Source of the DNA: Candidatus Hydrogenedentota bacterium
Lineage (GTDB): Bacteria; Hydrogenedentota; Hydrogenedentia; Hydrogenedentales; SLHB01
Length of the DNA stretch: 64,000 nucleotides
Assembly (NCBI GenBank): GCA_963745075.1
Contig: CAVUWV010000032.1
Coordinates: forward strand, 103,485-167,484
Direction: 5' to 3'
Of this stretch, positions 53,852 through 63,856 are shown piece by piece (the stretch's first letter is position 1; each line of letters starts with the position of its first letter). The notes beneath the pieces were generated by a model. That model ran no database searches and was not told the DNA's origin. It was given only the letters and a program-made list of their open reading frames with translations. The position numbers were made by a program, and so were the translations under genes.

Positions 53852-53985
53852 CACACTGGGAGCGCCTGGCACCAGCCTGGCGGGTTTCGGAGCGTATCCG
53901 GTTGCGATGCACAAACGGCGATTGTGTAGCCTAAATGGATTAGCTCCAACGCTTCGCCAGGCTGGTGCGAGGCGATCCCAGTGTG
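53852..53985. repeat. REP-like inverted doublet
   Basis: 53852-53882 vs 53955-53985, 31 bp with 2 mismatches. Confidence 0.85.
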
Positions 53986-54047
53986 TGGGCAACACGACTT
54001 TCCGCTGGAAAAGGGCGTGGTTATTGCAACTTGTCCGATCCGCAAAC

Positions 54048-54076
54048 TTGACGAAGCAGGGCGACCCCGCTAGAGT
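54048..54076 (+). promoter_or_regulatory. Sigma70-like promoter
   Basis: TTGACG-N17-TAGAGT upstream of 54152. Confidence 0.5.
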
Positions 54077-54151
54077 CGAGCTTTCTGTCGTTCGCAGGTC
54101 CGCTCCGCAACGACCACTGCAAATACTTGCCACCACGGAGGCTCAACTACG

Positions 54152-55669
54152 ATGTCTGTTCATACCCGAGCTAGTCTGGCGCACGATCTGTTTTTCCCCT
54201 TGGCTTTGTTTGGTGCCATCGGAGGTATGACCTGGGCCGTGCGGGGTTCGTCGGGCTTTGGCGCGGCGGCCGGATGCATATTCGCGGGTGTCATGTTGGG
54301 AACCGCGTGGTGGTATATCGCCCGCGACCCGAGTCCCACGCAATCGCGCCGCTACGCGTCGGGCTGGATCATTCTCGCCATGACGGTGGCCTTCGGCATC
54401 GCCGGCACGCGGGGCTGGATGCAATGGCCCCACTTTTTCAACGAGAAGATGTATACGAATTATCAAAACAACGAGTTCGAGCCCATCTCACGGTCCTACG
54501 GGTTCGCGTGGATGTTCATAGCAGGCATTCCCTGGGCCGGGCTGGGCGCCTGTATGGTCGCGTGGTGTGCTTCCGGAAGGCGAACTACGCCGTTACAGTG
54601 GGTGATCCGGCTCGCCATGGGATTCGGCGCCGCGTATCTCCTGAGCGTGGTCATCTACCGGGCCTTTCCCCAGGTGTTCCTTCCCTTCTACAACACGATG
54701 TACGACCAGTACCACAACCTGGAAAGCTACCCGAACCTCAAGAAGTTGGTCCGCGATAACCGTGAAGCCATGATCCAGATGGGGCTCTATCTCGGTTTTC
54801 TGCTGTTCGAGGTCTTCCGGCGCGACTGGAAGAACGTTCTGTTGATACTGACCGTCGGGGTGTTAAACGGTATCGCGTGGTCGCTCCTGCAAAATTGGAT
54901 GTGGGCCGAACAGTTGTGGCCCGACGCACGATTTAACTTTTGGCGGTGCTGGGAAACGTCCGGCGGTGTTACCATCGGTCTTTCCTACGGCGTGGCATAC
55001 TTCCTCGTGAACCGCCGCATGTCCGAGACCGAAATCGCCGAACACGCCAAGCAGCGAACGACGGGACCGACGACGCTCGGCTGGTTCGCGGCGTATATCG
55101 TATACGCGTTGACGCTGTGTTGGCTGATGCTAGAAGTCATGCCGCTCTGGTCGTCGCTTGCGTTTACCGTTGTCGCTCTCTGGTTTGGCGGCCGCTACTA
55201 CCGAATCGGCGCACGCGAATCGCAGAACGAGGCGTCTCCCTGGCCGGTCAACGGCCCCATCCTCGAACGTTGGGGCGCGTACACGGGACTGATTCTGGGA
55301 CTCGGCCTATCCATCAAAAACGGCCTGAAAGGTTGGGCCAACATCTATCTCGGTAACGAAGGTCTGTGGAATGACCGGTTTTGGTTGATGGCTTTTCCCG
55401 TCATGTTCATCCTGGCGATCATCGTTGCCATGATACTGCTGCGACGACGCCCATCTCAGGGACTCGACACGAACGTCTTTCCCCATGCCTACGCACTGCT
55501 ATGGCTGGTCCTCATCGTGCAGAACGTCATCGCGCAACTCATCACCGGCCCCTTCGCAAGCTGGCCGGAGGTCGCGTTCAAACTCTACTATGCGCTGCTG
55601 TTCGTCATCTCGGCGGTCGTCGTGCACCATTACTACCTCTTCAAGAAGTACGAGTTCGAGCGGAGCTGA
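54152..55669 (+). CDS. Multi-pass hypothetical membrane protein
   Basis: About a dozen hydrophobic segments; GGAGG RBS; family not recognised. Confidence 0.8.
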   Translation: MSVHTRASLAHDLFFPLALFGAIGGMTWAVRGSSGFGAAAGCIFAGVMLGTAWWYIARDPSPTQSRRYASGWIILAMTVAFGIAGTRGWMQWPHFFNEKMYTNYQNNEFEPISRSYGFAWMFIAGIPWAGLGACMVAWCASGRRTTPLQWVIRLAMGFGAAYLLSVVIYRAFPQVFLPFYNTMYDQYHNLESYPNLKKLVRDNREAMIQMGLYLGFLLFEVFRRDWKNVLLILTVGVLNGIAWSLLQNWMWAEQLWPDARFNFWRCWETSGGVTIGLSYGVAYFLVNRRMSETEIAEHAKQRTTGPTTLGWFAAYIVYALTLCWLMLEVMPLWSSLAFTVVALWFGGRYYRIGARESQNEASPWPVNGPILERWGAYTGLILGLGLSIKNGLKGWANIYLGNEGLWNDRFWLMAFPVMFILAIIVAMILLRRRPSQGLDTNVFPHAYALLWLVLIVQNVIAQLITGPFASWPEVAFKLYYALLFVISAVVVHHYYLFKKYEFERS

Positions 55670-55670
55670 G

Positions 55671-57136
55671 ATGATTGGGAGTGTGCGTCGAACGATTGTC
55701 CTCACTTTCGCAATCGCCTTGCCATTAATCGCCCGGGCCGATGACACACCCTTCGACATCGGCGACCTCCCCCAACTCTTCATCGACCACCGCTTTATCG
55801 CACGCAGCGAAAACGTTCACCTGCACATGAACCCGGTGCAGAAGCTCGGCAAGGTCCAAGTGGATACCGGCGAGAATCTCTACGGCCACGTCAGCCGCGT
55901 CATCGAAGATCACGGGAAGATCCATCTCTACGTCGGCGCGGACGGCGTGACGTTCTTCGAAAGTGATGACGGCCTGCACTTCATCCGCACGGACACGGTC
56001 ATCGCCAAGGGCATCTTCACGACAGTTTTCCTCGACGAGCACGATCCCGACCCGGCCAAGCGGTACAAGGCGTTTTGGTTGAAATTCGAGCTGCCCTTCG
56101 ATCCGGCGACGCACGGCGTCTACGCGGGGTATTCGGGCGACGGCGTGCACTTCACCGACGTGGGGCGGGTGCTGCCGTTCTTCGTGGACAACCCGTGCAT
56201 CGTGAATTGGGACGCACGCACCGGCAAGTACGTGATCTACACGCGGTCATTCGAGCCGGACTCGGAAAACCAGCGCCGGATTTGCCGCATCGAAACCGAC
56301 GACCCGTTGAAACCCTGGCCCTACGCCGATTCCGATCGCGACGTTATGTGGCTGACGCCGGAGCGCACCAACGTTGTCCTGCAAGCAGACGGTGAGGACG
56401 ACCCGTATTCTGACATGTACTACAACTCCGCCACGTTCTATACCCGAGCTCGGGACGTGTATCTCATGTTTCCGACCATGTTCCGCCACTTTTCGCCTGA
56501 ACGCCAGCCATTCATCCGTCCGCGCGAACCGGGGCAGTGGGAGGACTACGGCCTGCTCGAAGTGCAACTCGCGGTCAGCCGCGACGGGATTCACTGGGTC
56601 CGGCCCAGTCGCGAACCCTATTTCCCGACCGGCCTCGCGGATGAGTGGGATCGCTGGTACGCCGTCATGGCCCCCGGCATCGCCCGGCGCGGCAACTACC
56701 TCTATCAATACTACGTGTCCAGCGGCCGCACGCACGACTCGGCCATCCTCCGCCCGGAGTATGACGATCTCCGTGTCGGGCCCCGGCGGAATCGGCGTGG
56801 TTCGTCAACGGCTCGATGGGTTCATCTCTGCGGATGTTGACCACCGGGGTGGGTGGCTCGAGAACGCCTCCCCTCGTTTTCACCGGCAATCGTCTACGCC
56901 TCAACATCGACACGGGTTCCATGGGCACTGCTTTCGTCGAACTCCGCGACGCGGAAGGCAAACCCATCGAAGGCTACACACTCGACGACTGCGAAGAGAT
57001 CGACGGAAACTTCATCGATCAATCCGTCTATTGGAACGGATCGACGGACGTGTCGCCCCTGGCCGGCAAGCCGGTACGGATCTACTTCAAACTGACCAGG
57101 GCGAAACTGTACTCGTTCATCTTCACAAGCGAGTGA
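55671..57136 (+). CDS. Secreted beta-propeller glycosidase-like protein, frameshifts near 56770 and 56860
   Basis: Signal peptide, QLFID, SxDG repeats, LAVSRDG.HW, RLDGF.S, C-terminal A.LYSF.F. Confidence 0.7.
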
Positions 57137-57199
57137 AGGGGGGGCTAGATGGACGACCTGCAAGACAAGGAAGAAGATGACACTATTGATGAGTGTAAG

Positions 57200-57271
57200 G
57201 TGTGGGACCGGCGCCCCCGCCGGTCTCTTCTGATCACTCGAGTATGACCGGCGAGGGCGCCGGTCCCACAC
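57200..57271. repeat. GTGG-type REP-like inverted doublet
   Basis: 57200-57225 vs 57246-57271, 26 bp with 1 mismatch. Confidence 0.88.
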
Positions 57272-57295
57272 TTTCCAATCCCATACCGTCCACGT

Positions 57296-57347
57296 CCAAA
57301 AAGAGCGGTGGGAACTCAACCTCTTGGGTGAGTTCCCACCGCCTTTT
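57296..57347. terminator. Bidirectional Rho-independent terminator
   Basis: 14-bp stem gcggtgggaactca / tgagttcccaccgc with A- and T-tracts on either side. Confidence 0.8.
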
Positions 57348-57372
57348 GTACATATCAATGCTGCCGAAGGGC

Positions 57373-57540
57373 CTACTGCTCCGCGCCGCCCTCCGCCGCC
57401 TGATCGCCGGCCGCAGCGCCGCCGGCACCGGAATCCTGGGTGGTCGTCGTCTGATCGCTGCTCTTGTCAGCGCTCGGACCACATCCCGCGGCAAAAAGCG
57501 TCAAACACACCACACCCAGCGCAATCAATAGTTTTTTCAC
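57373..57540 (-). CDS. Small 55-aa lipoprotein (absent from the ORF track)
   Basis: AGGAGG RBS, GTG start, MKKLLIALGVVCLTLFAAGC signal/lipobox, terminator downstream. Confidence 0.8.
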   Translation of the reverse strand: MKKLLIALGVVCLTLFAAGCGPSADKSSDQTTTTQDSGAGGAAAGDQAAEGGAEQ

Positions 57541-57716
57541 TGATCATCCCTCCTGGTTGAATTGATTGGAATCCCACACCAATGGCATCGGAATACGTTC
57601 GTGAAGTGCACCAGACACGCCACGCTCGTCTTCCGCAACCTGGCCAACAGTATAACACCTTTGTCGCAATTTCGTCTTGACACAATTTCTATGGCCGATT
57701 GGACTCCGCCACGCGC

Positions 57717-58637
57717 CTACCGTCCCTGAATCGAAATCCCGCCGCTGAAGGCTTGGGCGTGGATGCGGGCGGACCCGGAGCCACTGACGAATTCAAGGGA
57801 CCGGCCCGGACCGTACTTGGGTTTTTCGATCGTTCCGCCGAGGTCGCTCTTGATGCCGCCACTGAAGGTATTCAAGTCGAACGCGGCCGAGGTGTCCGCC
57901 GGTATGCGCAAATCGATGCCGCCGCTGTGCGTTTCGAGGTCGGCCTCGCCATTCTCCGCGAACGCGCCGGTAAAGTCGATGGAACCAGACACCGCTTCGC
58001 ATTCGAGCCGCTGCACTTCGACCGATTCGATGTCGATGCTGCCACTGACCGTAGAAGCCTTGATACGTTCCATGTGCTTCCGCACGATAGCCTCTCCGTT
58101 GGGTCCACGCGCATGGAGCGGTTTTTCGGAAGCCGCCAAAATGTCCACCGAACCGCTGACGGCCTTCGCCTCAACGCTGACGGGACGACCTTCGATATTA
58201 ATGGAACCACTAACCGTCTCCGCGCGCACCCGGCCCCCGACACCGCTTGCGTCGATCTTGCCGCTAACGGCTTGCAGGTCGAGTTCGCCTTCCACGTTCT
58301 CCACCTGTATCTTTGCGCTCACGCAGTCGATATCCAGCGATGCGCCGAACGGAACCCGCAACTGCAAATCCGCTTCATGTACGCGCCGATTCGGATTAAA
58401 CACCCGTACGGTGAGCCGGCTTTCGGTCCCGCTGAACTCAAACTCGTCGGAATCCGAATCGAGCCTGCCGGTCACCTCGACCGCGGCTTGGTCCCACCCC
58501 GAGACTTCGACCGAACCTTTGACGTTGGTGATGTCCACCGCCACGGTCGTCGCGGCCGGCTTCGTTTCGGCAATCTCGTTCGCTGCGTACGCCACCCCGA
58601 CGAACGCCGTCATGACCAGTATCAATCGCGTTACCAT
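57717..58637 (-). CDS. DUF4097 / putative-adhesin beta-strand-repeat protein
   Basis: Signal peptide and many (T/A)VSGSI-type repeats. Confidence 0.85.
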   Translation of the reverse strand: MVTRLILVMTAFVGVAYAANEIAETKPAATTVAVDITNVKGSVEVSGWDQAAVEVTGRLDSDSDEFEFSGTESRLTVRVFNPNRRVHEADLQLRVPFGASLDIDCVSAKIQVENVEGELDLQAVSGKIDASGVGGRVRAETVSGSINIEGRPVSVEAKAVSGSVDILAASEKPLHARGPNGEAIVRKHMERIKASTVSGSIDIESVEVQRLECEAVSGSIDFTGAFAENGEADLETHSGGIDLRIPADTSAAFDLNTFSGGIKSDLGGTIEKPKYGPGRSLEFVSGSGSARIHAQAFSGGISIQGR

Positions 58638-58648
58638 GTCCTAATCCT

Positions 58649-59302
58649 TTAGAGTTGCTCGGACAACTGCGTTGCCTGCTGCAAGAGGTCGATTTCCCGA
58701 TCGTGCGCCGCCACCAGCGATCGAATGAGTTGCTGGTCTCCAGGGTCTTTTTCCAGTGCGGTCTTAATCTCCCCGATTGCATTGCCGATGATCGCGAGGT
58801 TCTCGTCGACGACCGCCTGCGTCTCCGGCGAAAGCCGATCCCGCGAGTCATTCAACGCCTGCACGAGAAGATCGCGCGCTTGGCCGTACTCGGCCTCCAC
58901 GACGGCCAATTCGGAAGGTTCTCCGCCGGTCCCGTTCGGCAACAGGGCCGTGGTCGGCGGCGGCTCGGTTCCCCGGAACTGCGCGTAGAAAATCCCCGCA
59001 AGAAACACCGCCGCGAAGGATGCCGCCAGCAAGGCGTACCGCAATCCCGGCCTCATCCGGCGCCGTTCGCTCACTACGGATGGTGTCCCCAGCCGCGCGT
59101 CGATACCGGCCCAGAGATCCCGCTCCGGCGCGATGTCGTTCGGCAGGTTCATCGCTTCAGAGATCACCCGCCGAAGCGATTGCTCCAGCGCGCGGTATTC
59201 CGGATCGCGCGCCAGATCTTCTTCCACGGCACGCGCATCCCCGGGAGCCAACACCCCATCGAGGTAGTCGTTCAACCGTGCTTCGCGATCGTCTACGTTC
59301 AT
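58649..59302 (-). CDS. Membrane anti-sigma factor
   Basis: LNDYLDG.L N-terminus, one TM, ATGA-coupled to the ECF sigma gene; lacks the HxxxCxxC motif. Confidence 0.75.
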   Translation of the reverse strand: MNVDDREARLNDYLDGVLAPGDARAVEEDLARDPEYRALEQSLRRVISEAMNLPNDIAPERDLWAGIDARLGTPSVVSERRRMRPGLRYALLAASFAAVFLAGIFYAQFRGTEPPPTTALLPNGTGGEPSELAVVEAEYGQARDLLVQALNDSRDRLSPETQAVVDENLAIIGNAIGEIKTALEKDPGDQQLIRSLVAAHDREIDLLQQATQLSEQL

Positions 59303-59835
59303 TGCAACTGTTCCCTCAGGAGTTTCCTCGCCCGATGGAGGTGCGCCTTCGACGTGCCCGGCGCCAACCCCGTTATCTTCGCGATCTCGTCATGCTTGTA
59401 CCCCTCGACGTCGTGCAGGATAAACACCTGCCGCGCGCCGGGAGGCAAGGTCGCAATCGCCGCTTCGAGGTCCACCCGTAACCCCGCCCGATGGTGATCG
59501 CCATCGCTATGCGGCAGATCCGCCAGGTCTTCGCGCTCGACCACCCGCGCCAAACGCCGGGATTGCGAGCGCTTGTCCCCGAGCACGACGTTGAACGTCA
59601 GCCGGTACAGCCAGGAGAAGAACGCGCTGTCACCGCGAAAGGAGCCGAGCTTCTCCCAGGCGCGGATAAATGCGTCCTGCGTCAGGTCTTCGGCGAGGGT
59701 TTGCTGCCCGCACATCCGCAGGCACAACCCGTACACCCGGTTGACGTACAGCCGATACAACTCTTCAAAAGCCCGCCGGTCCCCACCCTGGGCCCGGCGC
59801 ACCAGCAACATATCGTCCGGCGCCGTTGTCTCCAT
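59299..59835 (-). CDS. ECF sigma-70 factor
   Basis: GDRRAFEELY, AEDLTQDAF, F.SWLYRL..N, VFILHDVEGY.H.EIA, GTSKAHLHRAR. Confidence 0.93.
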   Translation of the reverse strand: METTAPDDMLLVRRAQGGDRRAFEELYRLYVNRVYGLCLRMCGQQTLAEDLTQDAFIRAWEKLGSFRGDSAFFSWLYRLTFNVVLGDKRSQSRRLARVVEREDLADLPHSDGDHHRAGLRVDLEAAIATLPPGARQVFILHDVEGYKHDEIAKITGLAPGTSKAHLHRARKLLREQLQ

Positions 59836-60180
59836 CGCACACACGTGCGTTCTCGCTCCTCGCCCCACTACGCCATGGCCAATTGCGTTCACAACCTATA
59901 AGATACCGCGTTTGCGTCATTGGTTTACCGCGCTGCGAGGAGAGTATACGGGAAACTTGCCGTTCCGTGTGCTATACCAAGCTGCATTTCTGCAATACTT
60001 ACTGGACCTGAGAGAGAATCACCCATGGTGCCGCGTACCACAAGTGAAACGGGCGGGATCTGCGCGAGCACTATATAGAGTGCGTAAGCTTGCTTGCGGT
60101 ACCGTATACTCGGCAGGGTCGCCGAACTGTATTGGGTTAAACCATACCGAGCCGGGAATGACTCTTCTGAGAAACCCGTA

Positions 60181-61380
60181 ATGAACAACTTAACAAGAAC
60201 ACCAAGTATTCCGCCGCCATCCCCCGCGCGGTCATCGTCCTGGGCGTGGTCAGCCTGCTGACTGACCTTTCCAGCGAGATGATCTATCCCCTTCTCCCGG
60301 TGTTTCTTACAACCACCTTGGGTGCCGGGGCCGTAGCGATCGGGGTGATCGAAGGCATTGCAGAGTCCACCGCAGCGGTCCTCAAGGTCGTATCCGGCGC
60401 GTGGACGGACAAGATCGCGCGCCGTAAGCCCTTTGTATTCGCCGGTTACGGGCTTGCCGGGGCCGCCCGGCCACTTATCGGCTTGGCCACGGGGTGGCCT
60501 TTCGTGCTCGTTTGCCGGTTCTTGGATCGCGTGGGTAAGGGCGTTCGAACGTCGCCCCGGGACGCGTTGATCGCCGACGTAACACCCGAAGAGTCGCGCG
60601 GCCGCGCCTACGGCTACCACCGCATGATGGACCACGCGGGCGCGGTGCTGGGTCCCTTGGTCGCCGCCGCGATGCTCTCCTTCGCGGGATTCTCATTGCG
60701 CACGGTCTTCTTGTGCGCGGGTATTCCTGCCTTCGCGGTCATGGTCGTGATTGTCTTTGGCGTGCACGAGCCGAAACGCTCCGGACAGGCTGCGACCGAA
60801 GAAGAGAATCCAACTGCGTGAATGGCGCGACCTCGGCGGAGACTTTCGGGCGCTGCTCGTCGCCGTGATCGTTTTCACCTTGGGGAACTCGACCGACGCC
60901 TTTCTCATCCTCCGGCTGTCGGACGGGGGCATTCACCCCAGTTGGATCGCCCTGATCTGGGCCGCGCAACACGTCGTGAAATCGGGGTCCGCCTATCTCG
61001 GCGGTACCCTCTCCGACCGATGGGGACCGCGCCGCACGATACGCGTGGGCTGGATCGTATACGCCGCCGTATACGTGGCCTTCGCGTTGGGAAATTCGTC
61101 CGTCTTTCTGGTGATCGTATTCCTGCTATACGGAATCTACTTCGGACTGACCGAACCTGCCGAAAAGGCCTGGGTCGCAGCACTCATGCCTGAAAACCTG
61201 CGCGGCACCGGGATGGGCCTGTATCACGGCGCCGTCGGAATCGCTGCTCTCCCCGCAAGCATCATCTTCGGATTTCTCTGGGAGTCGTTCGGCGCACACG
61301 TCGCATTCTTTTTTGGCGCCGCCCTCGCCGTACTCGCCGTTGCGCTGATCGGCCGCGTCAAGGAGAATCCACAGACGTAA
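60181..61380 (+). CDS. MFS transporter, frameshifts near 60183 and 60810
   Basis: SLLTDLSSEMIYPLLP, DRVGKGVRTSPRDALIAD, GNSTDAFL, LSDRWG. Confidence 0.85.
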
Positions 61381-61493
61381 CCCGTCGCTGGGTCACTGGC
61401 TGTACCGTTCAAGCGTGGTGCGGTGAGTTTCCGGCCGGAATCACCGAAAGGTAGAGCATCCCCGGTACTGACCAGCGAAGCGGGTAACAAAAC

Positions 61494-61526
61494 TCCCCCT
61501 TTGAAGGGGGATCAAGGGGGATGTTC
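61494..61526. repeat. Single copy of the CCCCCTT/AAGGGGG REP-like repeat
   Basis: 33 bp identical to 21469-21501. Confidence 0.88.
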
Positions 61527-61585
61527 TTTGCACTCTTCCACAACCCGACACGAGTGCGATATGTTGCAAATCCCGCTGTCTTGCG

Positions 61586-62716
61586 TCAGCTCAATGTCTT
61601 CCGGAACCGTGCGACGGCCAGCGTGATGAACGTGAGCGCGAGACCCGTCTGCCAGAGAATCACCGGCCAGAGCGTGGCCACGCCTTCGCCTTTCAACACG
61701 ATCCCGCGCATGATGATTAGAAACCAGCGCATGGGGTTCAGATAGGTTGCGTATTGAACCACTTCCGGCATGTTGCGGATGGGAAACATGAAGCCGCTGA
61801 GCAGCACGCCCGGCATGAGCACGAAGAACGCGGTCAACAGCGCTTGTTGCTGCGTCGCGGCGCTCACGCTGATCACCATGGCAATGCCGAGGTTGCCCAC
61901 GACATAGATGCCCGCTAACGCGTATAACAATAGCCAGTTCCCGTGAATGCGCACGCCGAACACCAGCATGGCGATGACGAACATCAAGGTCATTGTGATG
62001 TAGCCGGTGAGCAGGTACGGCACGGTTTTTCCGATGATAAACTCGAAGCGCCGGATGGGCGTCACCATCACCTGCTCGATGGTGCCGATCTCTTTTTCGC
62101 GCACGATGGCGATGCTCGTTAACAAGGTGCTGACCACCATGAGCATCACTGCGATGAGCCCCGGTACGTAGTAGTAGGCGCTTTCGAGGTTCGGATTAAA
62201 CCACGCCCGCGTGGCGAACTCCACCGGCGGCGGAATCGCATCGGGGCCGAGCAGCACCTCCATCTGTTCCATGCGCTTCGACTCCGCGAACTGCATCGCG
62301 ATCTGATTCGCGTACGACAAGGTGACCGCCGCATTATTCGTCTCGGTGCCGTCGACCAGCAGTTGCACGTGCGCCGTGCGGCCGCCGGTCAAATCGCTCT
62401 CAAAATCCTGCGGAATCTCGAGGGCCGCCTGCGCGTGGCCGGAGTCCAGCAACCGGTGAAAGTCGCCGGGGGAATCCGCTACGGCAACGATGTCGAAATA
62501 GTCGCTCGCGGTAAAGGCGTCCAATAGCTCGCGCGACACCGGCGTGCGATCGCGATCGAGCACGACCGTCCGGATGTTCGTCACGTCCGTCGTCAACGCA
62601 AAGGCGAACACCGTCATCTGGATCACGGGCGCGACAAACACGATGAGGCGCATGCGCGGATCGCGAAACATCTGCAGGAACTCTTTGATCAACATCCGGC
62701 GGATGCGTTCAAACAT
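61586..62716 (-). CDS. ABC-2 permease (YbhR-like)
   Basis: KEF.Q..RD, WFNPNL, VREKEIGTIEQ.MVTPI, LSGFMFPI.NMP. Confidence 0.9.
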   Translation of the reverse strand: MFERIRRMLIKEFLQMFRDPRMRLIVFVAPVIQMTVFAFALTTDVTNIRTVVLDRDRTPVSRELLDAFTASDYFDIVAVADSPGDFHRLLDSGHAQAALEIPQDFESDLTGGRTAHVQLLVDGTETNNAAVTLSYANQIAMQFAESKRMEQMEVLLGPDAIPPPVEFATRAWFNPNLESAYYYVPGLIAVMLMVVSTLLTSIAIVREKEIGTIEQVMVTPIRRFEFIIGKTVPYLLTGYITMTLMFVIAMLVFGVRIHGNWLLLYALAGIYVVGNLGIAMVISVSAATQQQALLTAFFVLMPGVLLSGFMFPIRNMPEVVQYATYLNPMRWFLIIMRGIVLKGEGVATLWPVILWQTGLALTFITLAVARFRKTLS

Positions 62717-62719
62717 GGC

Positions 62720-63856
62720 TCACTCCAGTTTCAATCGCATGCGTTTCAGCGCCAGGAAGATCATGATCGTCGCGTATACGGTCAGGAGCAGCGCGTTTAG
62801 CCAAAGCACTTCGAGCCCGATCCCTTTGAGATAGATCCCGCGCAACAAGGCGATGAAATACCGCGCCGGAATGATGTACGTGAGCAACTGGAGGGGTTTG
62901 GGCATGTTGGCGATGGCGAATACGAACCCGCTCAACAGCAGGGTCGGCAAGTAGCTGGCAAACAACGCAATCTGATTCGCCAACACCTGTTTCTTGAGAT
63001 TAATGCTCAGCATCAAGCCGAAGAACAACGCGCCCAGCAGAAAGATCGCCCCCACAAAAAACACCAGCCCCGGATTGCCCCGAAGCGGTACGTGGAAAAG
63101 CCCCCGGCCCAGGACCATGGCAATCACGATGTCGACCATGCCGATGACGAAGTATGGGACCACCTTGCCCAGGACGACCTCCGGCACGCGGATGGGCGTG
63201 CTGATGAGCTGTTCCATCGTGCCCATCTCCCATTCCCGCGCGACGGTGACACTCGTCAGCATGGCCGCGATGACGACCAGCACGATGGCGATGATGCCGG
63301 GGATGATGTCATTCTCGCTGCGCAGGTCCGGGTTGTACCAGGCCCGCGCATCCAACACCAGGGGCTCCACGAGGGGTCCCCGACCCATGAGCGCGACGCG
63401 TTCTGCCAACAGATTCTGGTTATAGATCATGCCCACGCCCGTCGCGTAGCCAACGGCCATGCGCGCGGTGCTTGCGTCGCTGCCGTCGGCCAGGACCTGC
63501 ACGGACACGGGGCGGTTCCCGCGGACCTTATCGGCAAAATCGCTCGGCACCACGATGGCGATCATGGCGCTGCCGTCCACGAGGGCCGTCTGGAGCGCGG
63601 CATAGCCTTGGTGATACCCCTCGATGGCGAAATAGGGCGAGCCATCGAAAAGGCTGAGGAGTTCGCGGCTTTCCGGCGTGCGGGACTGGTCCCACACGAG
63701 CGTCGGCACGTTGTCCAGGTCCATGTTTAGCGCGTAGCCAAACAGGAGAATCAGCACCATGGGTATCGCGATCGCCAGGTAGAGGCTGCGCCAGTCGCGG
63801 ATGACGTGAATGAATTCCTTACGGGCGATGGCGGTAAATCTGCGCATGCTAATCAT
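62720..63856 (-). CDS. ABC-2 permease (YbhS-like)
   Basis: RKEFIHVIRD, WYNPDL, AREWEMGTMEQL, LSGFVFAI.NMP. Confidence 0.9.
   Translation of the reverse strand: MISMRRFTAIARKEFIHVIRDWRSLYLAIAIPMVLILLFGYALNMDLDNVPTLVWDQSRTPESRELLSLFDGSPYFAIEGYHQGYAALQTALVDGSAMIAIVVPSDFADKVRGNRPVSVQVLADGSDASTARMAVGYATGVGMIYNQNLLAERVALMGRGPLVEPLVLDARAWYNPDLRSENDIIPGIIAIVLVVIAAMLTSVTVAREWEMGTMEQLISTPIRVPEVVLGKVVPYFVIGMVDIVIAMVLGRGLFHVPLRGNPGLVFFVGAIFLLGALFFGLMLSINLKKQVLANQIALFASYLPTLLLSGFVFAIANMPKPLQLLTYIIPARYFIALLRGIYLKGIGLEVLWLNALLLTVYATIMIFLALKRMRLKLE

Noticed and set aside
59895..59930. ECF autoregulatory promoter (minus-strand TAAACC...TCTTA)
   Set aside because: Plausible but too short and degenerate to support without homolog alignment.
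59990..60180. Possible TPP or guanidine riboswitch before the MFS gene
   Set aside because: Scattered similar words but no correct order or pairing; an Rfam scan would be needed.
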